A stretch of DNA of 64,000 bases from Folioceros fuciformis (Eukaryota), in contig JBNGIO010006285.1 of the NCBI GenBank assembly GCA_049999805.1, positions 1 through 64,000 of the forward strand, in the 5' to 3' direction. Shown here one piece after another: positions 47,966 through 58,600 of the stretch (the first letter of the stretch is position 1; every line of letters begins with the position of its first letter). A program made the translations under genes and the position numbers. Below the pieces are notes generated by a model. The model searched no databases, had not been told where the DNA came from, and saw nothing but the letters and a program-made list of their open reading frames with translations.

Positions 47966-49627
47966 ATGCTTTGAAGACCATTATTTAGAAGAAATAATTT
48001 TACTAGATGAAGACCTACCCTTCAGATCAAAAGGAATTATTATTTTGAACATCAAAAATTCCAACAAGTAAAACTCCCTTCTCACTAACTATATGTGAGT
48101 GTGCTGTTACGAAATGGATAATCTACCCGTAACCCTGCGGACTAGCTAGTTACCGTAGATCGTAATTAATAGTATTTAATAATCACGAACGGGTGTGCTT
48201 CTTCAGAAGAGACACGGAGTGACACTATTTAAGATACACTTTGTATACACCTTTTAGAGATAAACACAAAATATCACACAAAATATCTCTCTGAGCATTG
48301 CATCTCGATTACGTTAGACTACATGTTATCCTAATCATGCTAGATTAGATGCAATTCTACTACTAGGATTTATCATTACCAACACACTTGAGCATTAGCG
48401 CAAACTCTTGGTTATTCGCTAGTATAATAGAGCACATGTTTATTTAATCTTTAAATAACCATTAAATACACCGATAAATAAGCTGCAACGTACATAGGAC
48501 TTTCAAATGCAATTTGATTTCTCATATTGTCTTTCATCACACAAGTTTCATAAAATTAGCATATAAGAATAAATGAGCATTATCATAATTAACTTCATGA
48601 TAAAAAAATCTAACATAGAAGAAGAGTGTCTTGTAGAGCTTGTAGTGAGTTCAAATAAGAGTGCCTTTGTGTAAAGTCAAGATAACATTACCCCTTATGT
48701 AGGTGGTTTAGCCGTAAACCCTAAACCCTTTCTTTTTATTAAAATTAAGCAAACCAAAAGCTTGTTTTAGTACTAATTCAGAATAGTAGAAAGCAACAAA
48801 GATGGTAGTACAAGTAAGCATGTGTTTAGTAGTAAAGCTTACTAAAAGCATGGAAGTGTGTGGTAGCAAACGTTAGATAAAGCCTAAATAAGTAATTACT
48901 AAGGATGTAATTAGGGCTACTTTATTTCTAAACATTTTTTAGGGCTACATCTAAGGGAGAAGGGCAGGCTACTTGGAGGCCAAGTGTTGTGTTTGGTGCT
49001 AAATTTTTGCTCTAGTTGTTGATTTTATACCTTGGTTGAAGGGTATGTTACTTACAATTTTATTTTAGAATACTAATATTATAGTTGATCCATGATTATA
49101 TTAGTTTTTTAATATAGACGTATTTTCTATGGTGATAATAATCCATCACCAAAAAAGGGTATTTCACCCTTCCTGCGCTCATGAGCTCGGCTTCGCCAAC
49201 CGTTCTGTTAAGCACGACTGATCGAAGTGCGTGCGTAACAAAGTTAGAAAGCATTTAAGAAAGCATGTTAGGGGACTAAGTCTTGTACTGGCAATCGCAA
49301 ACTAATGTAAAGTTCAGGTTAACGGGAGAGAGCGTGTGCTGTGTACATGAAATAGGCAGCCGGCTGGTTGCGAGCTCGGTATGGCTTCCGTGGGAACCAG
49401 TCCGAATGGACTGGACCAAATATGGACATACGTAGCAGACCATCCGTTCCAAGGCTCTCCAGAGAGGATGACGAGAGTCCTCTATGCGCACCGGCTTCCA
49501 TGGAAGACGAGGAGCGGACGCGTCGTGTGAGGGAACATGCCTGCTGCTGGACGATAGTGAGGTCGTTGCCGTAGAAGGCAATTTGCAGTTCATTCGACAG
49601 TAGCAACAAGGCTTGGCGACAGGAAGT

Positions 49628-51877
49628 ATGGCGGCGACCGGTACTTTGAAGCGGCCTTATCCTGCAGGCGGGGAGCAGAGTCAGGGGTCAGGGACGGGGA
49701 CAGGGCCAGGGCAAGGTCAAGGGCCAGGGCAAGGGCAAGGGCAAGGGCAAGGGCAAGGGCCAGGNNNNNNNNNNNNNNNNNNNNNNNNNNNNNNNNNNNN
49801 NNNNNNNNNNNNNNNNNNNNNNNNNNNNNNNNNNNNNNNNNNNNNNNNNNNNNNNNNNNNNNNNCAAGGGCCAGGGCAAGGGCAAGGGCAAGGGCAAGGG
49901 CAAGGGCCAGGGCCAGGGCCAGGGCCAGGGCCAGGGCCAGGGCAAGGGCCAGGGCAAGGGCCAGGGCCAGGGCAAGGGCAAGGGCAAGGGCAAGGGCCAG
50001 GGCAAGGGCAAGGGCAAGGGCCAGGGCAAGGGCAAGGGCAAGGGCAAGGGCAAGGGCCAGGGCAAGGGCAATCGCGGTCGCGGGCTGCAGATCATGCGGT
50101 TCTGGACGGCAAGAGGATGAGGAAGCCGGTGCATCGGCAGCGGGTGGATTACAGCTCGCCGGTGGTGCTGTACGTGCTGTCCCGCATGTGGCAGCGGGAC
50201 GCAAGGGATGCGGCCATCAACCTAGAAGCAACGCCCTCGGCGGGTGTGAACATGCTGCCTCCTCTGGCGTACCCGGACTGGCCTGCCAGCAGCTTCACCA
50301 CAAAGTTCGTGCACGCATCAATCAACAAGGCGCGGTGTTCGGTGAACCGAGTTCTGTGGACGCCGGCGGGGCGCGAGAGGGTTTTCACGGGCTGCCAGAG
50401 CGGGGAGTTCACGCTCTGGAACGGGCAATCCTTCAACTTCGAGTGGATCTTGCAGGCGCACGATGTGGCCGTCAGGTCCATGGTGTGGAGCTACAACGGG
50501 AACTGGCTCATCACGGGGGACGACGGCGGCTGCATCAAGTACTGGACTCCTACTTTGAATCTGATCAAGGCCATCCACACGGCGCATAAGAATTCGGCTG
50601 TGCGGGATCTCAGCTTCTCGTCCACTGACCTAAAGTTCTGCTCCTGCTCGGACGACAGTGTGATAAAGATTTGGGATTTTGCGAGGTGTGACGAGGAGGA
50701 GCGGGCTTGCAAGGGGCATAACTGGGATGTGAAGAGCTGTGCTTGGCATCCTCAGAAGTCGTTGATTGTTTCAGGGGGTAAGGACGCTCTGGTGAAGCTC
50801 TGGGATGCTAGGACGGGGAAGGATTTGCATACGATAGAGGCACATAAGGCGGCTGTGTTGAAGGTGAAGTGGAACAGCAACGGGAATTGGGTGCTGACGG
50901 GGTCCAAGGACCAGGCTATCAAGTTGTTCGATATCAGGACGTTGAAGGAGATGGAATCGTACCATGGGCAGAAGAGGGATGTGACTGCTCTGGCGTGGCA
51001 TCCGTTTCACGAGGAGCTGTTCGTAAGTGGTGGTTATGATGGAAGCATTCTGTATTGGCTTGTCGGCCATGGGACGCCACAGGCAGAGGTTGCAAGTGCT
51101 CACGAGGGGAGTGTGTGGGATTTAGCCTGGCATCCCATGGGCCACCTTTTGTGCTCGGGAAGCCAGGACCAGACCACCAAGTTTTGGTGTCGTCACAAAC
51201 CTGGGGAGGTGGCTCAAGCAGGCAAGTACGGATCAGGTCAAAAGGGTCTTGTCGCTCATGAGGATTACTCATCTGGTGGTGGAGTTCGGACTTTTGTAGA
51301 TGTGGCCAGTAAGCCCCTTGGGAACGGTCCTGCCGATGTGATACCTGGGGTTGGCAACATGTCTATGTCTCTTGTTCAAGCTGGCTCGGATGCCACTTGG
51401 GCAAGGACCGTGGAAACACATCATTTTCAGCATCAACCGTTTTTCGCTCAGCCTGGAGCACAGTCGCAAACCATCCATCCTGCTGGAGTATCTTCAGTAT
51501 CCCAGCCACCGTTGCTGGCCAGGCCATCCTTGGCCACTGTGCCACTGATGGCAGCTGGTGGCCTACAGGCGAATCATTTGCAGATGTCTGGCTCACTGAA
51601 TATGAGTTCTGCATTTCAAGTTGGCCAACTTCTGGGTTCTGGAGTTGTTGGGCAGTCACAAACTCTACACCCAGGTCAAGGGCAGTTGCTGGGATACGGC
51701 GGCGCCACTTTCGCTGGTGGTGGTCATGGCCAGCAAGGTGGTCCTGTTCAGCAAGTCAACTGGCAGATTGGTGGCGGTGGCTCTCTAATGCAATCCAGCT
51801 CCCAAGGTCTTTTGCCCGAGCAGAACGCCGGCCATGCTGTGGGGTCAGGACTGACGAGGCTCTTCAACGCTTTCTGA
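49628..51877 (+). CDS. FY: FY/WDR33/Pfs2-like polyadenylation factor (WD40), intronless, with an N-terminal (GQ/GP)n repeat crossing a 100-N gap
   Basis: [87 protein letters not shown] and [25 protein letters not shown]. Confidence 0.93.
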   Translation: MAATGTLKRPYPAGGEQSQGSGTGTGPGQGQGPGQGQGQGQGQGPXXXXXXXXXXXXXXXXXXXXXXXXXXXXXXXXXXQGPGQGQGQGQGQGPGPGPGPGPGPGQGPGQGPGPGQGQGQGQGPGQGQGQGPGQGQGQGQGQGPGQGQSRSRAADHAVLDGKRMRKPVHRQRVDYSSPVVLYVLSRMWQRDARDAAINLEATPSAGVNMLPPLAYPDWPASSFTTKFVHASINKARCSVNRVLWTPAGRERVFTGCQSGEFTLWNGQSFNFEWILQAHDVAVRSMVWSYNGNWLITGDDGGCIKYWTPTLNLIKAIHTAHKNSAVRDLSFSSTDLKFCSCSDDSVIKIWDFARCDEEERACKGHNWDVKSCAWHPQKSLIVSGGKDALVKLWDARTGKDLHTIEAHKAAVLKVKWNSNGNWVLTGSKDQAIKLFDIRTLKEMESYHGQKRDVTALAWHPFHEELFVSGGYDGSILYWLVGHGTPQAEVASAHEGSVWDLAWHPMGHLLCSGSQDQTTKFWCRHKPGEVAQAGKYGSGQKGLVAHEDYSSGGGVRTFVDVASKPLGNGPADVIPGVGNMSMSLVQAGSDATWARTVETHHFQHQPFFAQPGAQSQTIHPAGVSSVSQPPLLARPSLATVPLMAAGGLQANHLQMSGSLNMSSAFQVGQLLGSGVVGQSQTLHPGQGQLLGYGGATFAGGGHGQQGGPVQQVNWQIGGGGSLMQSSSQGLLPEQNAGHAVGSGLTRLFNAF
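49700..50070 (+). repeat. Coding hexamer microsatellite (GGGCAA/GGGCCA)n; true length unknown because of the gap
   Basis: Directly visible on both sides of the N gap at 49765-49864. Confidence 0.92.
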
Positions 51878-52967
51878 GTTTCGTTTCCAGCCTTGCAGTA
51901 AGGCAACAACTGGCAGTTTTCCTGGCTGTCGAGTTTGCTCTGACCAGCTACATCACATGTCAGGGCAAGCGTGAACCCTCGAGCCCTGGGGGTGTGTTGA
52001 TTGTCTGAATGGTGTCGATTGTCTCAATGATAGTACATGGGCCTCCAACTTCTATGCGACGGAAAGTTGCCATGCCAGGTGACAAGATCGAAGATAAGGA
52101 ATATGATGGTCTGGCAACGACAAAGGGCTGCTGAGGACTGCATGTGGTAACTGCCATCCCGGACTTGCCTGTTTGGCTGGCGCTTGCGTGCGGTGGGTAC
52201 GTGATGGAAGTCCATTGCTTCATCATGTTGACAGTACGTTCATCACTTCGCCGCAAGTGAAGGCCGTCATACCAACCAGGCAATCCGAGGGATGTGAACC
52301 CAAGAAGTGGGAGCTGAGTACAACGACGAGCTAAGGAGTAAAATGTGAGTCATTGCTGTAGTGAAGCTGCCTTGTTGCAGCTTCCAGTGAGCATGATCTT
52401 GCAGAGAGACTGTTAGTCCGAGTTCCCTGTCGGAAGTCCGGACTAACGACGAATTCCTCTGCTTGTTTTATGGCCATGGTCGCTAGTTTCCTTCCTGACC
52501 GGGCTTATTGTGATGTACATCTGCAGGTCCCACTGGCAGAATGCTGAGGACAAATCTACGTTCACGTTACTCTCTCGCAATGAAGTAATGCTGGACGTCG
52601 GAGTATTTTGAGCTAGCAGGCCTCAAGAGATGGTTGGTTTCAGTGGGATACGGAGTGAACTGCATGATGGAACGAGACCGTTACTAAATCAATACGCCTA
52701 CGAGGGGTATCTATATGCCGGACTTGGAGCCATGCAGCTCTGCGGATACCTTGAACTTGTGACCAAATTGTTTATGTATAATCTGATTGCTCTATTAGTA
52801 TCTACAAGCAATGAACGAGCGGATGGTATTAATTTTATATTTTTTTATTATTGAAAAAGAGATCCCATCTACTCCAAAGATTGGAGAAAGACCAAGCAGG
52901 GCCAGGCGCCTTCAAATACTATTCTTAATATCTTTTTCAAAGACTCCTGCAAACAATCCTGAATGAT

Positions 52968-53098
52968 GACACGCTCGCCGATCGACTAACTAAATGATTT
53001 GGAGCTGGAGCGCGGTTTGGATTGTGTAGTTTGTGGACCCGACACGCTCGCCGATCGACTAACTAAATGATGACACGCTCGCCGATTGACTAACTAAA
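52968..53098. repeat. 31-bp direct repeat x3 (TGACACGCTCGCCGATCGACTAACTAAATGA)
   Basis: Copies near 52968, 53041 and 53071. Confidence 0.8.
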
Positions 53099-53201
53099 TC
53101 CCTAGTGGATCTAACAAACATATGAGCCACACAAACTTCCTTAGTGAAAAAAAGTCACTCTAAATGAAACCATGTTGCTTAAGGTATATGCTCCGCATCA
53201 T

Positions 53202-53310
53202 GGTGGCAATACGGTGCCCCCAACACATGACATCTCGAACTGTGGCAATACGGTGCCCCCACCACATGACATCTCGAACTGCATCTTGGGTGGCAATTCG
53301 GTGCCCCCTC
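53202..53310. repeat. 39-bp tandem repeat (GTGGCAATACGGTGCCCC..CACATGACATCTCGAACT), about 2.5 copies
   Basis: Directly visible. Confidence 0.8.
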
Positions 53311-54797
53311 ACAAGACAACGTGTTGGACGGGAGCCTATATCAACAATGACAACCCATAACTGCATGTAGAGAGAGAAAAAGCCTAGGGGTGTGCCAAAC
53401 CTAAGCGAAATCTTATTGTGGTGACAAAAGTTGCTAATGTGATTCGAAAGTCCTAGATGCAAGGTTGAACCAAAAGCTACGAGCTCCCTCCTTTATCTAA
53501 ATAAGATTGAGTACAAGCCCAAGAAGACCTACAAATAGATAAGTCCAAAAGAAGGGCTCTTAGTGCTTGGCCATATTGTTTTTTTACGAAGGAGGCCTGG
53601 AGACCCCTCAACCTTTCCTTAGAAAAGGATGTGAAAAGGAGGTAGAGCTTCATGAGCCTCCAAAGGTAAAGAATTCCTCGCTTGCCTAGTAGATGCTTGT
53701 AAAGGAAAAACGCCCTCCTCAACGCTTGAGATAAAACCTTTAAAAAGAGGGGAATCTTGTAGCAAAAAACGAGAGGCCAAAATTGGAGTCGAGAGGGCCC
53801 AATTACCAAGAAAGGCAATTGGGGCAGAGGCCTCCCTGGCCAAAAGGCTAACCCCTCCAAAGGCAACAGCAAGGAAGCTTGATTCTGGGCCCAATCATCG
53901 ATGGCACACTCAAAGGTACCAAGACTGATATCCCCAAGAACCTGCATAACTTGATTGTGAAACTTCTTGAGACTTTGATAAGAAAATTGGAGAATGCATT
54001 ACCTCACTAGAACTAATGATTATAACCTTGTCGCCACACAAGACAGGAAGAAAGAATACCAAATGCAATTTGAGGATCATCGATTTATGAGAGGTCGATG
54101 ATATAAGCCAAATCTTCATCCAATGCTGCATCCACAAACCTATGAACAAAAGCAAGAAGGTCCCACAGGAACACCCAAGACTCGAAGTCCCTGTGAGGGG
54201 GTGATATCCCCCCTTGAATATTGAAGGTTGGGGGGGGGGGGAGGGAGTGATGATTGGAAGGGACCAAACCTTGCATTTAGACAAACTTGGAGAGCTTTGA
54301 CGAGAAGAAATCAAATGTTGCTTTGATTGTGACGCCTTGCCCAAGAATATGAGGGTCATTAGCCACGAATGGGATAAAGCATTCCCACAATGCTAAGGCA
54401 GTGGAAGACAACAGTTGAAACATCCCCAAGTGGATCCCCTTGCCTTGTGCCTGTTGCTGAATCAAAAACTAAGACCCCCTCCAAAGTAGAGTCGTATTGG
54501 TAGTAGAGCTTGGATGATGAACCATAAAAAGAGTGAATAAAAGGGATGAGACTTGCCAATTGACCTCCTACATTCTTTAGCTTTGAGAAGATAACAACCA
54601 TAGAGACATTGTTGAAAGCATTTTCAATAGCAACCTGCATAACTACCTAATAAAGATGTAACTCGAAAATCACCTGGGTATCGAGGGTGACAGATTTACA
54701 CCCACCTAGGGAAATAGGGTCATTAATTACCCACATGGGAAAGCAGGGTTATTAAATTTAGGCTAAGAAAATCAGTAAGCGAAACAAAGTTCTTTGG

Positions 54798-54813
54798 CTA
54801 AACCCTAAACCCT
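54798..54813. promoter_or_regulatory. Telo-box-like (AAACCCT)x2 motif; similar motifs at 48715-48729 and 11665-11675
   Basis: Short plant telomere-type repeats, each 0.4-0.9 kb upstream of a gene start. Function is unproven. Confidence 0.3.
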
Positions 54814-55689
54814 TAAGTGGCAAAAGTATAAGTATTGATATAATTAAAAAGATGTGAATTCGGAACAGACAGCTCAAATAGTAGAGTGTAGTGCAGGAGA
54901 GCAGGGGGTGGGAGACAGCAGGTGCGGCACGACCCAAGTCCCGGTGTGCCCGGTACGAAATGGGTCAATGCGCATCCTCAGTCCAACGTGCGTGCCACGT
55001 ACGGATGTACATAAATAAAATATCCAGGGCAGATGAGATCGGACGGGTAGTGCGATCCGAGAGGATATGTATTTATGTACACATGTAGATGGGTCAAGGT
55101 GGCATGGGTGGCGGGCCTTAGTCAAGGAAGGAGGCTTCAAGGTAAAGGTCGCGTCAATGGAGAGATGCCAGTCTCCGTCCTACTCGCTTGCTTGTGGCAT
55201 TAGGATTCAGGAGCCTGCCTCCTTCCGAGTGCTCCGAGTGCGTGCTGTTGTGACCCGCTGCTGGAAGCCGGAAATCGACTTGTGCTTCAAAGATCGCTGT
55301 TCCTTCGGATTCCGGCCCTGGATGCGTTGCATTGCATTGCTTGCTGCAGGATTGAATTGGATCCACACGGGTCGCCTCAATCTCGAGTGGATTCTCGGTG
55401 CCTGCGAGGTTTGAGTTCTGCTGCTGCTGCTTCTGCTGCGTTTTTTGCAAGAGAGCGTGGAATGGATTTCTCGGTCGTGGGTTGTTCCGTCCTGGTCAGT
55501 CCTGCAGCCAGGTGAGATTTTGTTCGTGGCGTGGGAGATGGGTGGTGTTGTCGACCCATGTATGGATGGATGTGTCGATTGATGGCTGGCAATGCGTGGT
55601 GCTGAGGCTGGTGTCGTGGGCGTGATGGTTGCCCTGATTGTGTTGCTCATGCCAGTGCTTTCTGCGCAGGTGTGGTTTGGCTTTGAGGT

Positions 55690-58600
55690 ATGGAAGATGA
55701 ATGTGAGCACCACGAGACGTACCAGCAGGACGAGGATTACCAGGAGCTGGTCCAGCAGCATGAGGGGTATGTGCAGGGGGTGTACCTGGTCCAGCCGAAT
55801 GAGGAGTATACGCAGGAGGTGTACCTGGTCAAGCAGAATGAGGGCCACGTTGGAGAGTACCAGGGATACTCCTACGCAGGTACCCAAGTTGGCCAGTATG
55901 CTCACGCTGGATACTCTGCGGAAGAGCAGTGGCATGGCGGCCATGAGGAGGAGCAGGACCAGCAGCAGCAGCAGCAGCAGGGGGAGGACCAAAACGAGGA
56001 TAGCTCCACGTCGTCCGCCGGGGTAAGTTCTGATTGGTATGACTCTTCCGATCCGGACTCTGACGGCGACAAGAAAAAGGAAAAGAAGAAGGACAAGGCG
56101 AAGGAGGACACGGGGAAGCACAAAGAGGGCAAGGATGAAGGGCAGGGTAAGAAGGCCAAGAAGAAGGGCAAGGATGAAGGCGAGGATAAGAAGGCTAAAA
56201 AGAAGAATGGCAAGGATGGAGGCGAGGATAAGAAGGAGCAGCAGGAAGGTGGGAACGTGGGTGCTGCAAATGCTGCGTATGGACAAGCTTACTATCAGCA
56301 GTATTCTGGGCCTCCTCCGCGAGCTGTGGCGCTTCAGCAGGCCGGACAGTATCAGGCGTCAGGTCAAGGTGGATCCTTTGTCCCTCTTCATGCATATGGA
56401 GCTTCGTTTGATGCAGCTGGGACGGTCGGCAGGGAGGTGGTCGTGGAGAAGGCAGATGACAAGTCTCACAAGAAGAAAAAGGGGGAGGATAAGTTCAGAG
56501 AGGAAGGGAGTAGTGACAGTGACTCAGGATCGGAGAAGGAGAAGAAAAAGGATAAGGTGAAGGGCGATGATGCGAGGTTCGATCAAGGTTATTACCCTGC
56601 TGCTCAGGGTCCTGTGGGGTATGCTTATGGCGTGGATGCCGCCCAGGCGGTCCATGTGGGGTATGCCTATGGTGGTGAAGCGCCTCAGCATGTCCCGGAC
56701 ATCGGTACGCAGGAGGAGTTGGGGGAGGAGGAGGAGAAGAAGAAGAAGAAGAAGGACAAAAGCAAAGACAGCCATGGGGATGCCCCGACTGCTCACGTAG
56801 CTCAGTGGCANNNNNNNNNNAAAGACAGCCATGGGGATGCCCCGACTGCTCACGTAGCTCAGTGGCAGCCTCCTCCAAATGTGGGCTGGCCTCAGGGCCA
56901 AGCTCTCCCTCATGCTGATGGATATGGCTATGGCTATGCTGCCCCTCCTTCCGACAAGGAGAGTGAGAATGATAAGGAGAAGGACAAGAAGCAGAAGGAG
57001 CATAATGCATCAGATGCTCCCCACCCGTCCCCGGACATTCATGGGTCTGCGCATTTCCCCGCAACTGACCAGCAGATAAGATCTCTTGAACAGCAAGGAG
57101 GAGCTGCCCCACACATGCATGGCAGTTACAATCCCCGTACCGAGCCTTCAAGTGCTCTTTCACCACCTTCCGGTTACCACCCACCTCCTCATGGATTTTC
57201 GTTTGTATCTTCAGACGAGAGATCATACCCGGGAGCGCCTGATCAGGGAGTGGCATCCGATACGGAGTCTACCAAGGGAAAGAAGGAGGAGGACGGGAAG
57301 CACAAGGATGAAGAGCATGACAAGGGTGACGTTCATTCTGGAGGCCATCGGTGGCAAGCTCCTCAGGGAGCTGTGCCACCTTCCACTCCACCTCAGATAC
57401 ATGCGTATCCTGCTCAGCGTGTTGCGGAGAAAAAGAAAGACAAGGGCAAGTCCAAGGATGGAGAGGAGGTGAATCAGACTGTGTCGACGGATATGTATAG
57501 CAATCCCCCTCCCCAGCACTTTGCTCCCCCCGGGCAGGCACCTCAGATACATGGTTATCCGCCTGAGCCCGTGCCTGAGAAAAAGGAGAAGAGGGACAAG
57601 CCCAAAGACGGAGAGGAGGTGAATCGCGGCGTGTTCACGGATATGTATGGCAATCCCCTTCCTCCGCAATATGCTCCTCCTGGCCAGTCACCTCAGGCAT
57701 ATGGTTATCCTCCTGGTCCCATGGCGGAGAAGAAGAAAGAGAAGAAGGACAAGTCTGAAGACAAGTCCAAGGATGGAGAGCAGGTGTACGAGAGTGTGGC
57801 GACGGACATGTATGGCAATCCCCTTCCTCAGCAATATGGTCCCCCAGGCCAGGCACCTCAGGTATATGGTTACCCACCTGATCCCATGGCGGAGACGAAG
57901 AAAGAGAAGAAGGACAAGTCTAAACACAAGTCCAAGGATGGAGAGCAGGTATACCAGAGTGTGGCGACGGATATGTATGGCAACCCCCTTCCTCAGCAAT
58001 ATGGTCCTCCTCCTGGCCAGGCACCTCAGATATATGGTTATCCACCCGAGCCTGTGTCGGAGAAGAAGAAAGAGAAGAAAGAGAAGAAAGAGAAGAAAGA
58101 GAAGAAAGACAAGTCCAAGGATGGAGAGCAGGTCTACGAGAGTGTGGCGACGGACATGTATGGAAATCCCCTTCCTCAGCAATATGGTGCCCCTGGCCAG
58201 GCACCTCAGATATATGGTTATCCACCCGATCCCATTGCGGAGAAGAAAGGGAAGAAGGACAAGTCTAAAGATGAGTCCAAGGGTGGAGAGCAGGTATACG
58301 AGAGTGTGGCGACGGGTATGTATGGCAATCCCCTTCCTCAGCAATATGGTCCCCCTGGACAGACGCCTTACATGCAGGGTTACGCTTCTGGGCCTGAGGC
58401 GGTGAAAAAGAAAGAGAAGAAAGACAAGTCGAAGAATGGAGAGAAGGTGAATCAGAGTGTGTCGACGGACATGTATGGCAACCCCCTTCCTCAGCACTTT
58501 GCTCCTCCAGGGCAGGCACCTCAGATACATGGTTATGCACCTGAGCTTGTGGCTGAGAAAAAGAAAGAGAAGAAGGAGAAGCCCAAAGATAGGGAGGAGG

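Larger units (their letters stand above)
52840..54650 (-). mobile_element. Degenerate, 5'-truncated non-LTR retrotransposon (CRE-like RT), apparently interrupted by a small repeat-rich insert at about 52970-53470
   Basis: IENAFNNVS, LIPFIHSFYG.SSKLYY, SATGTRQGDPLG, ANDPHILG (decayed YxDD region), KCKVWS and QAS..FGGV.L, in broken frames. An A-rich tail lies at 52840 on the minus strand. Confidence 0.75.

Noticed and set aside
56764-56867. Tandem duplication KDSHGDAPTAHVAQW in the giant protein
   Set aside because: The identical sequence sits on both sides of a 10-N gap, which suggests a contig-overlap artefact.
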